From Nannocystales bacterium (GTDB lineage Bacteria; Myxococcota_A; Polyangia; Nannocystales; Nannocystaceae), in NCBI GenBank assembly GCA_050633305.1, contig JBOEGF010000018.1:896001-960000 (forward strand): a DNA stretch of 64,000 bases. The letters run 5' to 3'. A model generated the notes under the pieces. It made no database searches. It was not told where the DNA came from and saw only the letters and a program-made list of their open reading frames with translations. Shown here piece by piece: positions 48,513-58,142 of the stretch (positions are counted from its first letter, which is position 1; each line of letters starts with the position of its first letter). Position numbers and translations under genes: made by a program.

Positions 48513-49616
48513 GTGTCGTTCTCCGATCCTCCGCGGGTGTTCCCCCTGCGATCTCTGCCGGCGGTCGGTGCCGCGGCCGTTGTGCTTGGCATCTGCGGGG
48601 CCGTCTTCGCTCAGGAACCTGCGGGCGCCATCGATGTGCGATGGAGCGGACCGCCTGCGTGCGGGCCGGGGGCATTCGAGTCTGATCTGTCGGCATTGCT
48701 GGCCGACTCGGAGATGTCGGCGCCGCTTCGGGTGGACGTCGAGGTGGAACGCTCGGAGGCCGGATGGGCGTTGCGGGCAGACTTCAGCTCCGGCGGTGAC
48801 AATCGTGGCCAGCGGGTCTTTGAGGCGCATGCGTGCGAGACGGTTCGAGATGCAGCCGCGCTGGCCATTGCGCTCACCGTCGATCCGACGGCGCTCTCTC
48901 GTCCGGAGACGTCGCCGACGCCCGCGGAGGAACCCTCGCCGACCGAGGCCGAGGTTGTGGAGCCATCGTCGGTGGTCCCGGCGTCCGACAGCGAAGCGGC
49001 ACCCAGCAGCGAACCTGCTCCGGACATCGAGCCGGTCGTCGAACCCGGGCCATCCTTCGTCTCGCAGCCGGCGGTCGAACCACCATCTGTTCGGTCGGCA
49101 CCGGTGTGGCGAGTCGGTCTGGGGGCCCTCGGGTTCGTGGATGGGGCTGCGCTGCCGGGGGTCGGAGGCGGCGTTTCGTTTCTGGTCGCCGCCATGCGCG
49201 GGCCACTGCGCCTCGAGGCACTGGGGTCGTACCGGTTCGAGACCGACCGTGCTTCCGAGGTCGAGCCGTCGGTCGGCGGGAGCTTTGCTCAATGGAGCGC
49301 GGGGCTGAGGGCGCTGTGGGTCCCACGCTGGTCCAGCTTCGAGGTGCCGGTGGGGGGTGGCGTGGATGCGGGCCAGACGATCGGGGAGGGAAGCGGGTTC
49401 GGTGAGGCCCGCCGCACGCTGCAACCGTGGGTTGCCGTGGTGGGGACTGGGGGAGTGAGCTGGGTGCTCCATCCCCGCGTCGCGCTGTTGGCACGGGGAT
49501 CGCTGGCAGTCCCCTTGATTCGTCAGGAGTTCTCGATCGAGGGCCTAGGGTCTTTGCACCAGATCGGTCCGGTGCAGGGCCGTGGTCTGCTCGGTTTGGA
49601 GGTCCGGCTGCGGTGA
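48513..49616 (+). CDS. Exported protein with a Pro-rich linker and a C-terminal outer-membrane beta-barrel-like domain
   Basis: Signal peptide, two-Cys N-domain, alternating amphipathic strands ending GLEVRLR. Confidence 0.6.
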   Translation: MSFSDPPRVFPLRSLPAVGAAAVVLGICGAVFAQEPAGAIDVRWSGPPACGPGAFESDLSALLADSEMSAPLRVDVEVERSEAGWALRADFSSGGDNRGQRVFEAHACETVRDAAALAIALTVDPTALSRPETSPTPAEEPSPTEAEVVEPSSVVPASDSEAAPSSEPAPDIEPVVEPGPSFVSQPAVEPPSVRSAPVWRVGLGALGFVDGAALPGVGGGVSFLVAAMRGPLRLEALGSYRFETDRASEVEPSVGGSFAQWSAGLRALWVPRWSSFEVPVGGGVDAGQTIGEGSGFGEARRTLQPWVAVVGTGGVSWVLHPRVALLARGSLAVPLIRQEFSIEGLGSLHQIGPVQGRGLLGLEVRLR

Positions 49617-49675
49617 GCCGAAGTTTTTCTGGTGCCCGGCACACGGATCGCCGCGTTTCCGGGAAAGGCAGAGGG

Positions 49676-50242
49676 GTGGAGACGTCCCGCCGCAGTTTCA
49701 GCGTCCCCGACGATCCCTGGAAACGGGAGTTGGCGGAGGTCTACCGCGAGTACGGCGACTTCGTACGGCGCAGCGCCGGTCATTTGCGGGTGCGTGAGAC
49801 CCAACTGGACGATGTCGTGCACGACGTCTTCATCGTGGCGCATCGGCGTCTGCCCAACTTCGACCAGGCCCGCGGGACCCTTCGCAGTTGGCTGTTCGGC
49901 ATCACCAAGCGGGTCGTCTTGCATCACCGCCGGGCGGCTGCGCGTCATCAGCGCAGACTCACCGTGGTCCCCGAACCGCATCCAAGCCCGGGGCCCGACG
50001 AGGCCCTCGCGCGCCGACGGGTGGTGCAGCGCATCGACACATTCTTGGAGACCTTGTCGGGGCCCAAGCGGTTGGTGTTCAGCTTGGTCGAAATCGAGGG
50101 GATGCCGGCCGTGGACGTAGCACGGTCGCTGGACATGAACATCAACACCGTCTACGGGCGCCTTCGGTCGGCGCGGGGCGCATTCGTGGAGTATCTCGAC
50201 CGGTTGGAGCGGGATGGGGAGGGGCACGATGGCGGGACTTGA
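49676..50242 (+). CDS. ECF sigma-70 factor
   Basis: DDVVHDVFIVAHRRL..F..LRSWLFGI (region 2); VFSLVEIEGM..VA..L..NINTVYGRLRSAR (region 4). Confidence 0.9.
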   Translation: METSRRSFSVPDDPWKRELAEVYREYGDFVRRSAGHLRVRETQLDDVVHDVFIVAHRRLPNFDQARGTLRSWLFGITKRVVLHHRRAAARHQRRLTVVPEPHPSPGPDEALARRRVVQRIDTFLETLSGPKRLVFSLVEIEGMPAVDVARSLDMNINTVYGRLRSARGAFVEYLDRLERDGEGHDGGT

Positions 50243-50993
50243 GCCAGAGGCGAGGGCGTTGTTGCGAGAGTACCGACAGGCCAAGCGTGCCGACGTGGAT
50301 CGGCGCGAGGCCGTGTGGTCTCAGATCGAGGACACCCTCGCGGATGCGGACGTTGCCCAAGGCGACGAACTGACACCGCAGCACGAGGTCGGTCGCCCCA
50401 TCGCGTGGACGGTCGGGGTATTGCTGGCCGCGGCGGTCGTCGCCTCGGTTGCCCTCGGCATGTCGGCGCTCGTGCAGGCGGACCGCAAAGAGCGTTCGTT
50501 CGAGGCGCCGGACGTGTCTGCGCCTGGCGACACATCCGAAGTCGTCCCTGGAAGCGACGCCCCGGGTCGGGCCGTGGGTCGTGCGGGCCACCCGAGCGGT
50601 GTGGCGGTTCCTGCCGGAGCGCCGCCGGTCCGTGCGAACCACACAAACGATCGGCCGGGTCCGCGCCCCACGGCTCGCACGCGTCCGAACGTCGAGGGCG
50701 AGGCGGCACAGGGCACCGAGCGGGATGGGCTTCGTGCGGAAATGGCCCTCGTTGAGACCGCTCGCCAGCGTTTGCGTGCGGGCCAACCCGCAGAGGCGCT
50801 GAAGGCCGTGCAGCAACATGCGGTGAGGTTCCCGCGCGGACAGATGATCGAGGACCGGCGTGTCCTGAGGGTGGAAGCCTTGTGCGCGTTGGGCAAAGCG
50901 AGCCAGGCCAACGCCGAGGTGCGGATGTTCGCAGAGGCATTCCCGCGTTCGGCCCACACAACGCGCCTACGAGCACTATGCCCCCTACCGTGA
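50229..50993 (+). CDS. Probable membrane anti-sigma factor with a C-terminal TPR-like helical domain
   Basis: Overlaps the sigma stop; one TM helix; LRAEMALVETARQRL..RFPRG..ALCALG..FPRSAH. Confidence 0.65.
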   Translation: MAGLEPEARALLREYRQAKRADVDRREAVWSQIEDTLADADVAQGDELTPQHEVGRPIAWTVGVLLAAAVVASVALGMSALVQADRKERSFEAPDVSAPGDTSEVVPGSDAPGRAVGRAGHPSGVAVPAGAPPVRANHTNDRPGPRPTARTRPNVEGEAAQGTERDGLRAEMALVETARQRLRAGQPAEALKAVQQHAVRFPRGQMIEDRRVLRVEALCALGKASQANAEVRMFAEAFPRSAHTTRLRALCPLP

Positions 50994-51093
50994 TGGGTCC
51001 TGGGTCCTTGTTGACCGAGGCCCCGCTGGAGCGCAGCAATCCATCCCACCGAGAACACGGAATGGCGACGTACCGGGAAACGCAGGACAGACG

Positions 51094-53508
51094 ATGGCTC
51101 ATTTGATTCGGTTGTCCCCTCGCTTTGCTCGCCCGATCTTGGGTGTGCTCTTGCTCTCTCCCTCTCCATGCTGCACGCCGGACGTGAGCCTCGGCGACTA
51201 CACCGGGTCTGACGGGGACTCGGACGACGGGGGTAGCGGGGCGGGCAGTACAGGCATGGAGACGGGGAGTGGTACGGACACCGATTGTGGCGAGGCGTGT
51301 TCCGAGGACTTCGCAGTCGCCTACCTTTCCGCCGTAAACTACGCGTCCCTGGAAATCTTCCGCCGCGGGGAGGCTTTGTGTGAAGGGGCGCAGTGTCCCG
51401 AGCAGACCGAACCGCTGGACGGTGTGCCATTCGAGGAGTGCACCGAGTCCGAGGCGGCATTGATGTCCCCGCTCGGTGTGGAGGAGTTCTGCCGGTTTTC
51501 TGCAGTCTGGCTGGAGTCCAGACTCTCAGTCGGCTTCACCGTCGAACTGGAGCGCGAATCGTTCGAGCGCACACGTCCGCGGCTGGAAGACGAGACCGCC
51601 CAAGAAGCCTATGCGTGGTTTCCGGAGGTTGTCTCGTTGGTCGGGCCGGGCACGGCGTACCGAGGAGATGTCTTGGCGGTTGGTGCCGGCGCGCGGAACG
51701 TTCAGACGTCGGTCGTCAATGAGGCCTGCATCGAGCGACTCGACGCGCAGGGGGTCCCGTGGTCGGTCGATGACCTGGAGGTCCTGTGCGAGGGCACTTG
51801 GATGGACGGCGGAGTGTTGCGGCCGTTGCGGACGCGGCCCCAGATGGAATTCTGGCCCAACTCGGGACGTACTTCACGGGTGACCGGGAACTCATGTGTG
51901 TCACCTGGCGAGGGGCCGGATACCTGCTGTACCGCCTGCGAGTACGCGCTGGGACCGGGTGTTGCTCGGTATGGCGTCGACGGCTCTCAGCGGCGAGCGA
52001 TCGCGCAGGGCACAGCGCTGTCTTGCGATGAGGGGGGCGACGCACTGGTCCAGTGCCGTGATCTGGTCTTCGACGTAGCGCGGGATGACGGCTTGGAACT
52101 CACGTACGAGTGGGAGGGGTCATCGGGCCCGTGGCCATTGCCGTTGTATGACAAGCTACGAGAGACGCACCCGGACGACCGCCCTGCGGGCCTCGTTGCA
52201 CCGGGTCTGGCTTGCGCTGAGGACGACTCCTGCGCTGCGGGACAGCGTTGCTATGGGGTCAACGCCCAGGGGGAGGCGTGCAGTGCGGGCGAGGACTGCA
52301 CGCAGCGAACCTGTCAGCCCGCATGGTTCGGGCGGTGCGAAGTCGCAGCGGATGGTGGCGGCCGCTGCGTCGATACCCGTTTCGACGCTCAGGGGACCGG
52401 GGCATGTTTCGTTCGTGGCGATACTCAGGACCGCCTCTCAACGTGCGACTCCGACTTCAACGGCATCATGACCGCTGCGGAGTGTTGCGATCCCGCGCTG
52501 GGAAGTCCCGACGACTGCGACCCGCACGAGCAGTCCGGCGTCGAGCCTATCGCGCGATTCGATCGGGACACCGGACTCTCTCCGATCGCGCAGTGCGTCT
52601 GCGAGGAGGGGCAACCTGACACGTGTGCGACGGTGGTCCAGGGCTGGTGTGAGGCACCGATCGGTACGGGCAGCGAGCCTGGCCCAGACGCCCGGGCTGG
52701 GCAGTATGCCGCGCCGACCGTCGTGGCACAGGGGGGGGTCCGGTGGGATGAGGAGCAGCGCCATGTCGACGTGAACATCGCAAACACCGGGAACATGGAG
52801 CGCGCACAGGTCGAGCGCTGCGCTTGGGCCAGCTTCTTGATCGACGAGCGCACGGCCAGCGATGGATGGGTCGCCAACGAGAGCTTCACCGCTGAACTGC
52901 AAGAGGATCACGACCTCGCGTTGTGCTCGGGGTCGAGCTACCGGGTCGACTTCGCCGGCCCCTCCTCCGAGCACCACGTGCGATCGATGGCTGGGAACAC
53001 CTTGGAGGGTCGGTCGAGCTTCGTCTTCGAAACCGCCCAGATGCGTGTCGCGCCGAACAGTCTGTTCCCGACGGACAATCTCCAGATCGGGTCGTGCGAC
53101 GACCTTTCGGTCCGGTTCTCGAGTCGTCTCGACCCTGGACCGCGCAACCTCGCCAAGCTCGAGATCCGCGGGGGCGCGCCCGATGGGCCCCTCGTTGCCG
53201 GGGGTCTGGGTTGCAGTCCCACCGCGACGCCCGAAGAGGTCGCGGCAGGAACCATCCCATGTCTGTCGACCAGCGTCGAAGCGTTCGTCGGCATCCTGCA
53301 TTTCGAGATCGACGAGTCCATTCATGGACAGGTGCTCCAGCCCGGGGAAACCTACGCCGTTGTTCTGCCCGGGCTCGACAACATCGAGCAGATGGCCGAC
53401 CCCGAGCGCTACGCCGCTGCCATCCATGACGCGTGCGGTATGCCACTGATCCTCGAAGGGTCCGACGCTGAGTGGCTGGTGTTCACGGTGGACGGCGCCT
53501 GCGAGTGA
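51094..53508 (+). CDS. Large Cys-rich exported or surface protein
   Basis: Signal-like N-terminus, Gly/Ser/Asp linker, dozens of Cys in clusters. Confidence 0.65.
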   Translation: MAHLIRLSPRFARPILGVLLLSPSPCCTPDVSLGDYTGSDGDSDDGGSGAGSTGMETGSGTDTDCGEACSEDFAVAYLSAVNYASLEIFRRGEALCEGAQCPEQTEPLDGVPFEECTESEAALMSPLGVEEFCRFSAVWLESRLSVGFTVELERESFERTRPRLEDETAQEAYAWFPEVVSLVGPGTAYRGDVLAVGAGARNVQTSVVNEACIERLDAQGVPWSVDDLEVLCEGTWMDGGVLRPLRTRPQMEFWPNSGRTSRVTGNSCVSPGEGPDTCCTACEYALGPGVARYGVDGSQRRAIAQGTALSCDEGGDALVQCRDLVFDVARDDGLELTYEWEGSSGPWPLPLYDKLRETHPDDRPAGLVAPGLACAEDDSCAAGQRCYGVNAQGEACSAGEDCTQRTCQPAWFGRCEVAADGGGRCVDTRFDAQGTGACFVRGDTQDRLSTCDSDFNGIMTAAECCDPALGSPDDCDPHEQSGVEPIARFDRDTGLSPIAQCVCEEGQPDTCATVVQGWCEAPIGTGSEPGPDARAGQYAAPTVVAQGGVRWDEEQRHVDVNIANTGNMERAQVERCAWASFLIDERTASDGWVANESFTAELQEDHDLALCSGSSYRVDFAGPSSEHHVRSMAGNTLEGRSSFVFETAQMRVAPNSLFPTDNLQIGSCDDLSVRFSSRLDPGPRNLAKLEIRGGAPDGPLVAGGLGCSPTATPEEVAAGTIPCLSTSVEAFVGILHFEIDESIHGQVLQPGETYAVVLPGLDNIEQMADPERYAAAIHDACGMPLILEGSDAEWLVFTVDGACE

Positions 53509-53540
53509 GGCCGTCGATTCGGAATCATCGCCTTCGCCTC

Positions 53541-54521
53541 TTAGCTGGGTGCCCGCACCCGCGCCAGATCCACGACCACGGGCAACAGGCCTTCCACCGC
53601 AAGGGCGAGCCGTTCCGGGTCGAGTGTTTCCGGTGTGTCGGTGGTCTCGTGGTAGTTGCGGTTTCGAAATGGCGCGGTGTCGGTGACCATGATGGCGGCG
53701 AATCCGTGCTGCCAGTACGCCCAGTGATCCGACCAGCCGACGCCCTGGATGGTGCTCGGTGCCAGGCCACCTTCGGAGGGCAGGAACGCGTGCTCCCGGA
53801 ACACGGTGATCGCCCGTCGCAGCAGGTGCTTGGAGTGACGGTTCCCGACGAATGCCAGGAAGTCTCCCTTCTTCGGATAGAAGGCGCCCATCGGGAAGGG
53901 GTAGTGCTGGGTCTCGGGCTCGCCGCGGTAGTAGCCGATCGTCTCCAGCGACACCATGCCCAGCACGTTCACCCCTGCCGCTGCGATCGCGTTCGCGTGA
54001 ACGACGGAACCCATCTCCGCGGTCTGGAAGTAGGGCGGCTCCTCGTTCACGTAAGCGACCCAGTGGATCGAACGCTGCCCCGATCGCTGGAAGAGCTCGC
54101 AAGCCAATTCCAGCAAGGCCGCCACGCCCGACGCGTTGTCGTCCGCCCCTGGGGTGCCGGGTGCGGAGTCGTAGTGGGCACCCACGACGATGACCTCGTC
54201 CGGGCGCATGGTCCCGGGCAGTACCGCCTCGAGGTTCACGACCTCTTGCCCATCGACGCGGAACGCCTGCCGCCTGACCTCTGCGTATCCGCAGCCATGA
54301 AACCGCTGCTCCACGTGGTCGGCCGCCCGTCCGAGCGCCTCCGGGTTCTGGATGTTTCGCTCTCCGATCTCCTCGGCGAGCACCTGAACATCGGCCATCA
54401 GCCGCTCGGAGCGGTCCGGCGGCCGAGTGGGGATCGGTCCGGCATAGCTCTTCCCCGGCATGCGGGTTGTGCAGGCTCCGAGCGTCAGGAGGGCGGCCAA
54501 ACAGGCGGAGCGCACGATCAT
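53541..54521 (-). CDS. M28 family peptidase (lipoprotein)
   Basis: Lipobox LGAC; VGAHYDS, GADDNASG, NEEPP, SLETIG, SDH, YHETTDT. Confidence 0.9.
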   Translation of the reverse strand: MIVRSACLAALLTLGACTTRMPGKSYAGPIPTRPPDRSERLMADVQVLAEEIGERNIQNPEALGRAADHVEQRFHGCGYAEVRRQAFRVDGQEVVNLEAVLPGTMRPDEVIVVGAHYDSAPGTPGADDNASGVAALLELACELFQRSGQRSIHWVAYVNEEPPYFQTAEMGSVVHANAIAAAGVNVLGMVSLETIGYYRGEPETQHYPFPMGAFYPKKGDFLAFVGNRHSKHLLRRAITVFREHAFLPSEGGLAPSTIQGVGWSDHWAYWQHGFAAIMVTDTAPFRNRNYHETTDTPETLDPERLALAVEGLLPVVVDLARVRAPS

Positions 54522-54587
54522 CGCCCGCAGCGTACCCGACTGTGTCGACCCTGGCGGCCTCTTGCCGACGTGGCCGAGGGACTGCGA

Positions 54588-54627
54588 CGATTCCCAAATA
54601 CGACAGCGCTGTCGTATTTGGGAATCG
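54588..54627. repeat. Perfect 40-bp palindrome without spacer, CGATTCCCAAATACGACAGC|GCTGTCGTATTTGGGAATCG
   Basis: Checked base by base; intergenic and AT-richer than its flanks. Confidence 0.95.
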
Positions 54628-54679
54628 CGAAACTGCAGGTGCAGGAAGGGGGGGACCACTCCGACTCGGGAACGGCCGC

Positions 54680-55694
54680 TCATGCACGGGGTGGGGCTTC
54701 GGAAGCCAGCCGCTGCTTGCGAAGTCCCCTCGCCATCAAGGCGACGGACGGCTCTGGATCCTGTGCCAGTCGGTCGAGAAGTTCCATCGCCTCGTCGCCG
54801 GGGACCGACGCGAGCGCGGCCGCGAGGCGTCCTCGGCCCTTGGCGTCGGCAGAGCGCGTGGCCGCAGCAATGCTCTGAACGATGGCCGCGGCAAAGTGGT
54901 GCTGCACGGCGAGTTGTGCGAGCACGTCGGACGCCTCGACGTCTTCGTGGCCGAGTGCGACGAGTTCGACCAGCGGCACGATGGACGCTGCATCTCCTGA
55001 GCGGCCGCATGCGAAGTGGGCGCGTGATCGGATGTGTGGGTCGTCATGACCCACCGCCTTGGCGATGACCGCTCGGGTTGCGGGTGAATCGATCTTTTCG
55101 AGAGCCTCGATGGCGCGGTGTCGACGCGTCGCGCTGGGGTCGTCGAGGGCGGGTTCGAGTCGGGGGATGGCAGCATCGCCCGCTCGCACGATGGCCCATT
55201 GGATCGCCCCGAAGGCGTTGGGATCAGGCTCTCGGAGGGCCGCATCGACAAGCACCGCGATGTCCCGGTGATCGGCGTCGACGAGGGAGAGCGTGGCGTT
55301 GGCGTGTCGACGGGTCATTCCCGTCGAACCCACGCATGAGTTCGATCGTCCGCATCACGTCGTGCCACGCCTCTGGGCTCGCCGTTTGCACGTGTTCGAG
55401 TCGTTCGACCAACTCCTTCGCCGCGGCGAGCTGGGTTCGGGCACGGTCGACAAGCCGGGTGAGCATCCCGCGGGTCGAGTGTTGCTCGTCATCGAGTGCG
55501 GCCGGGATCTCCGCGAGAGTCAGGCCGAGCGAGCGCAGCCCCTCCACCTCGAACAGACGACGCAGGTCACGTTCCGTGTACTGGCGGTAGCCCGAGCGTG
55601 TGCGCTCGCCGGGCGTGACAACGCCCATGCGGTCGTAGTGTCGGAGCATCCGCGCGCTGATGCCGGTACGTTTCGCGACGTCTCCGATCAGCAT
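54680..55694 (-). pseudogene. MerR-HTH plus HEAT-repeat regulator split by a frameshift near 55285
   Basis: MLIGDVAKRTGISARMLRHYD MerR HTH (55224..55694) continues in another frame as LSLVD..LVDAALREPDPN..WAI HEAT repeats (54680..55333). Confidence 0.75.
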
Positions 55695-56371
55695 GGGTCG
55701 TTCCTGAGCGTCGGTGCCGCTTGCCGTGCGACGAACGTCCGCGCCTGAGCCATAGCCGATTCGAAGGAGTCGTGCAGGTCGTTCAGCAGGTACGCGGTCG
55801 CGAGGGCGTGCGTACGCACATCGCGGTCCGCCGAGGTCGATGCGGCATCGGCGGCCGGCAGGGCAGATGCACCGAGCGTCGTGAACGCACGGCTCAAGCT
55901 TCGTTGCAGTTCATGTTCTCCGCGGCCGAACTGGGTTGCGAGCGTCCGCGCGAGTGGACCTTTTTGGCCCTCGGAAGCGAGACCCGCAGCGGTGCGCCAG
56001 GCCGCCCGCGCGACCTCGTCGTCATCGTCCGTCAGCAACGCGACGGTGATCGCCGGCCACGCTCGTGTGTCGCCGAGCTTGGACAGAGTGTGCAGAGCCT
56101 GACTACGCGCCTTGGCCGCGTCGCAGGTGAGCTCGACCAGCAGCAGGTCCAGCACGGTGTCGTGGTCGTGGCGTGTGAGCGCCCAGGTCAACATCTCGCG
56201 AACATAGAACTCGGGTTCTGTGCGGCACTGGGCGACGAGAGCCAGAACATGTTCGGGAGCCGGGTGGGTCCCCGCTGTCAACGCCGCCTGCAGCCGGGCT
56301 GAAGCTTCGGGCGAGCGCAGCGCAACCTGAAGCGGTGACGGAGCAGTCTCGGTGTGCGTGTTGGTCATCAT
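55688..56371 (-). CDS. HEAT-repeat protein
   Basis: ARLQAALTAG..EPEFYVREMLTWALTR..ARSQALHTLSKLGD; GGAGG RBS; overlaps the MerR start. Confidence 0.85.
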   Translation of the reverse strand: MMTNTHTETAPSPLQVALRSPEASARLQAALTAGTHPAPEHVLALVAQCRTEPEFYVREMLTWALTRHDHDTVLDLLLVELTCDAAKARSQALHTLSKLGDTRAWPAITVALLTDDDDEVARAAWRTAAGLASEGQKGPLARTLATQFGRGEHELQRSLSRAFTTLGASALPAADAASTSADRDVRTHALATAYLLNDLHDSFESAMAQARTFVARQAAPTLRNDPC

Positions 56372-56388
56372 GAGCACCTCCAGACGCC

Positions 56389-56419
56389 ATGGAACGCCTT
56401 GTCACTGTGACAAGGTCAA
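56389..56419 (-). promoter_or_regulatory. MerR-type promoter/operator: -35 TTGACC with dyad CCTTGTCAC-A-GTGACAAGG in the spacer
   Basis: Perfect 9-1-9 dyad at 56397-56415 overlapping the -35, upstream of the HEAT-merR operon; a weak -10 (TTCCAT) lies 19 bp downstream. Confidence 0.75.
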
Positions 56420-56664
56420 GACCTCATCGGCGCAAACCCGCTTGGACCGCAGCGCGTCTGGCAACGAAAAACGCTCCGTGCCACGGGGAATGGTGGACCC
56501 GGTGGTCGGTGGGGGGACCGGGTTCCCGGAACGCGCTGTGTGCGGTCACCGCGGCCGGACGATGGCATCCTCGGGGCATCAGCGCCGACGATACAATCGC
56601 GACCCGAACTCGAAAGCCCGAGCCGGGAGGCATTGTCCTCCCCGACGTCGCGTCGGAGGGAGGC

Positions 56665-57075
56665 GTGTCGGGGTTTCCGAACTCGATCGATCGCTACCGG
56701 ATTGTCCGGCGCATTGGGTCGGGAGGGATGGGCAGCGTGTTCGAGGCGGTGGACCCGAGTCTCGACCGCCACGTGGCGATCAAGCTACTGCATGGCGACG
56801 CGGACCCCGAGAGCATCGAGGCCAAGCGGTTGCTTCGTGAAGCTCGGGCCCTCGCTCAACTCGACCACCCGAACATCGTCGAGGTGTATGGCGCAGGGAT
56901 GGACGCCGGGCGCGTCTGGCTGGCGATGGAGCTGGTCGATGGGCAGACGCTCAAGGAGTGGATGCTCGCGAACCCGCCAGGGTCTGCGGCTCAATGCAAC
57001 GAGGCGCTGGCGTTGCTGAAGCAGGCCGCGGATGGCCTGGAGGCCGCACACACGGTGTCGATGACCCACCGTGAT
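56665..57075 (+). pseudogene. Truncated Ser/Thr kinase (N-lobe only, broken at HRD)
   Basis: GSGGMGSVF, VAIK, LREARALAQLDHPNIV, then THRD followed by unrelated sequence; no DFG or APE; start uncertain. Confidence 0.8.
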
Positions 57076-57077
57076 TG

Positions 57078-57590
57078 TCAGTTCACCCGCCACCCACGCG
57101 CCCAGGGGCGCATCGCGAGTTCGTCACTGTTTCCGCCCGTATGGTTGTGGATCTGCCAGACGCCCTCGCGCCGTCGCAGCCGGAAGGCCCACCGGGAGAG
57201 GTTGTTCTCGGCCGGGTCTCCGTCCATCGGCATGTAGTGCGTCGCGCCAGCGACCCCCACGTAGGCGCGGTCGCCTTCGATCCACCAGCCTTCGACCTCG
57301 CGCGCGTAGTCCCACGAGCCGAAACTGTCGCCGACCATCGACGCCTGCTCGGACGCGATCTGCTCCCGCGGACTCTCGTCGAGGTTGGGTGCGACGCTGA
57401 CTCGCTTCGCGGCATCGAGGGGGAGGCCGGCCTCGAACCAGGTTCGGACGGGGCCGAGGAGTTCGTCCGGAGCATCGCTGGGCGGGCAGTCGAACTCGTC
57501 GGTCCAAGTCTTCAGCGCAAGGGGCTCGCCGCCCGCGTACGGGCGGAGGCTGGCGCAGCGGACGGAGAGGAGCAAAGGAACAGAAGGCAT
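57078..57590 (-). CDS. Hypothetical protein (may be the 3' part of a split gene)
   Basis: GC3-rich, Trp-rich frame; no recognised motif. Confidence 0.4.
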   Translation of the reverse strand: MPSVPLLLSVRCASLRPYAGGEPLALKTWTDEFDCPPSDAPDELLGPVRTWFEAGLPLDAAKRVSVAPNLDESPREQIASEQASMVGDSFGSWDYAREVEGWWIEGDRAYVGVAGATHYMPMDGDPAENNLSRWAFRLRRREGVWQIHNHTGGNSDELAMRPWARGWRVN

Positions 57591-57598
57591 GCCCAAGC

Positions 57599-58036
57599 TC
57601 AGGTGAAGGCAGACGAGACGTTCGCCGTCGCAGTGACTCTCGTCTCGACCAAGGACTCGCGGTGTGCCGAGAGCGAGAGCGACTCCGCCGAGGTGGCCGA
57701 GTCGAGGCTCAGCTCGACCTCCATCGCGGGCAATGGCCACGGAGCGAGTCCGGGGAGTCGTACATCCTCAGGGAGTCGGAAATCGGATGGGCGGTCCATC
57801 GGCCAAGGCGGGTCATACGCCGCAATGACACTCGTGACCCCGACGAGGTGGAGCGTCACGGTTCGGTCGTCCATCGGCGATCCGTCGGTGTTGCGACGCA
57901 TGCATTCATACGTCAGCCGGAGTTCGCGGGTCTCCGGGTCGTATGCCCCGGTTCTCAAGCAGGCGTCATGGAGCAGGTCGGGATGCTCGGTGCTGCGTCG
58001 CTCGGCACCGGCTTCGAGTCTCACGGTGCGCCTCAT
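57599..58036 (-). CDS. Hypothetical protein (may be the 5' part of a split gene)
   Basis: GC3-rich frame; no recognised motif. Confidence 0.4.
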   Translation of the reverse strand: MRRTVRLEAGAERRSTEHPDLLHDACLRTGAYDPETRELRLTYECMRRNTDGSPMDDRTVTLHLVGVTSVIAAYDPPWPMDRPSDFRLPEDVRLPGLAPWPLPAMEVELSLDSATSAESLSLSAHRESLVETRVTATANVSSAFT

Positions 58037-58142
58037 GGCACAGGCGTGCGTAGAGAAGGGGGGCGCGAACCCTCGGCGTCCCGGATGAGCGCGCACTCCC
58101 GAGCTCCGTCGTCAGCCTGACACGTGCCTCCTTCGGTGTGCA

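Noticed and set aside
54522..58100. Intact IS or prophage explaining the decayed patch
   Set aside because: No transposase, integrase or phage gene, and no target-site duplication found.
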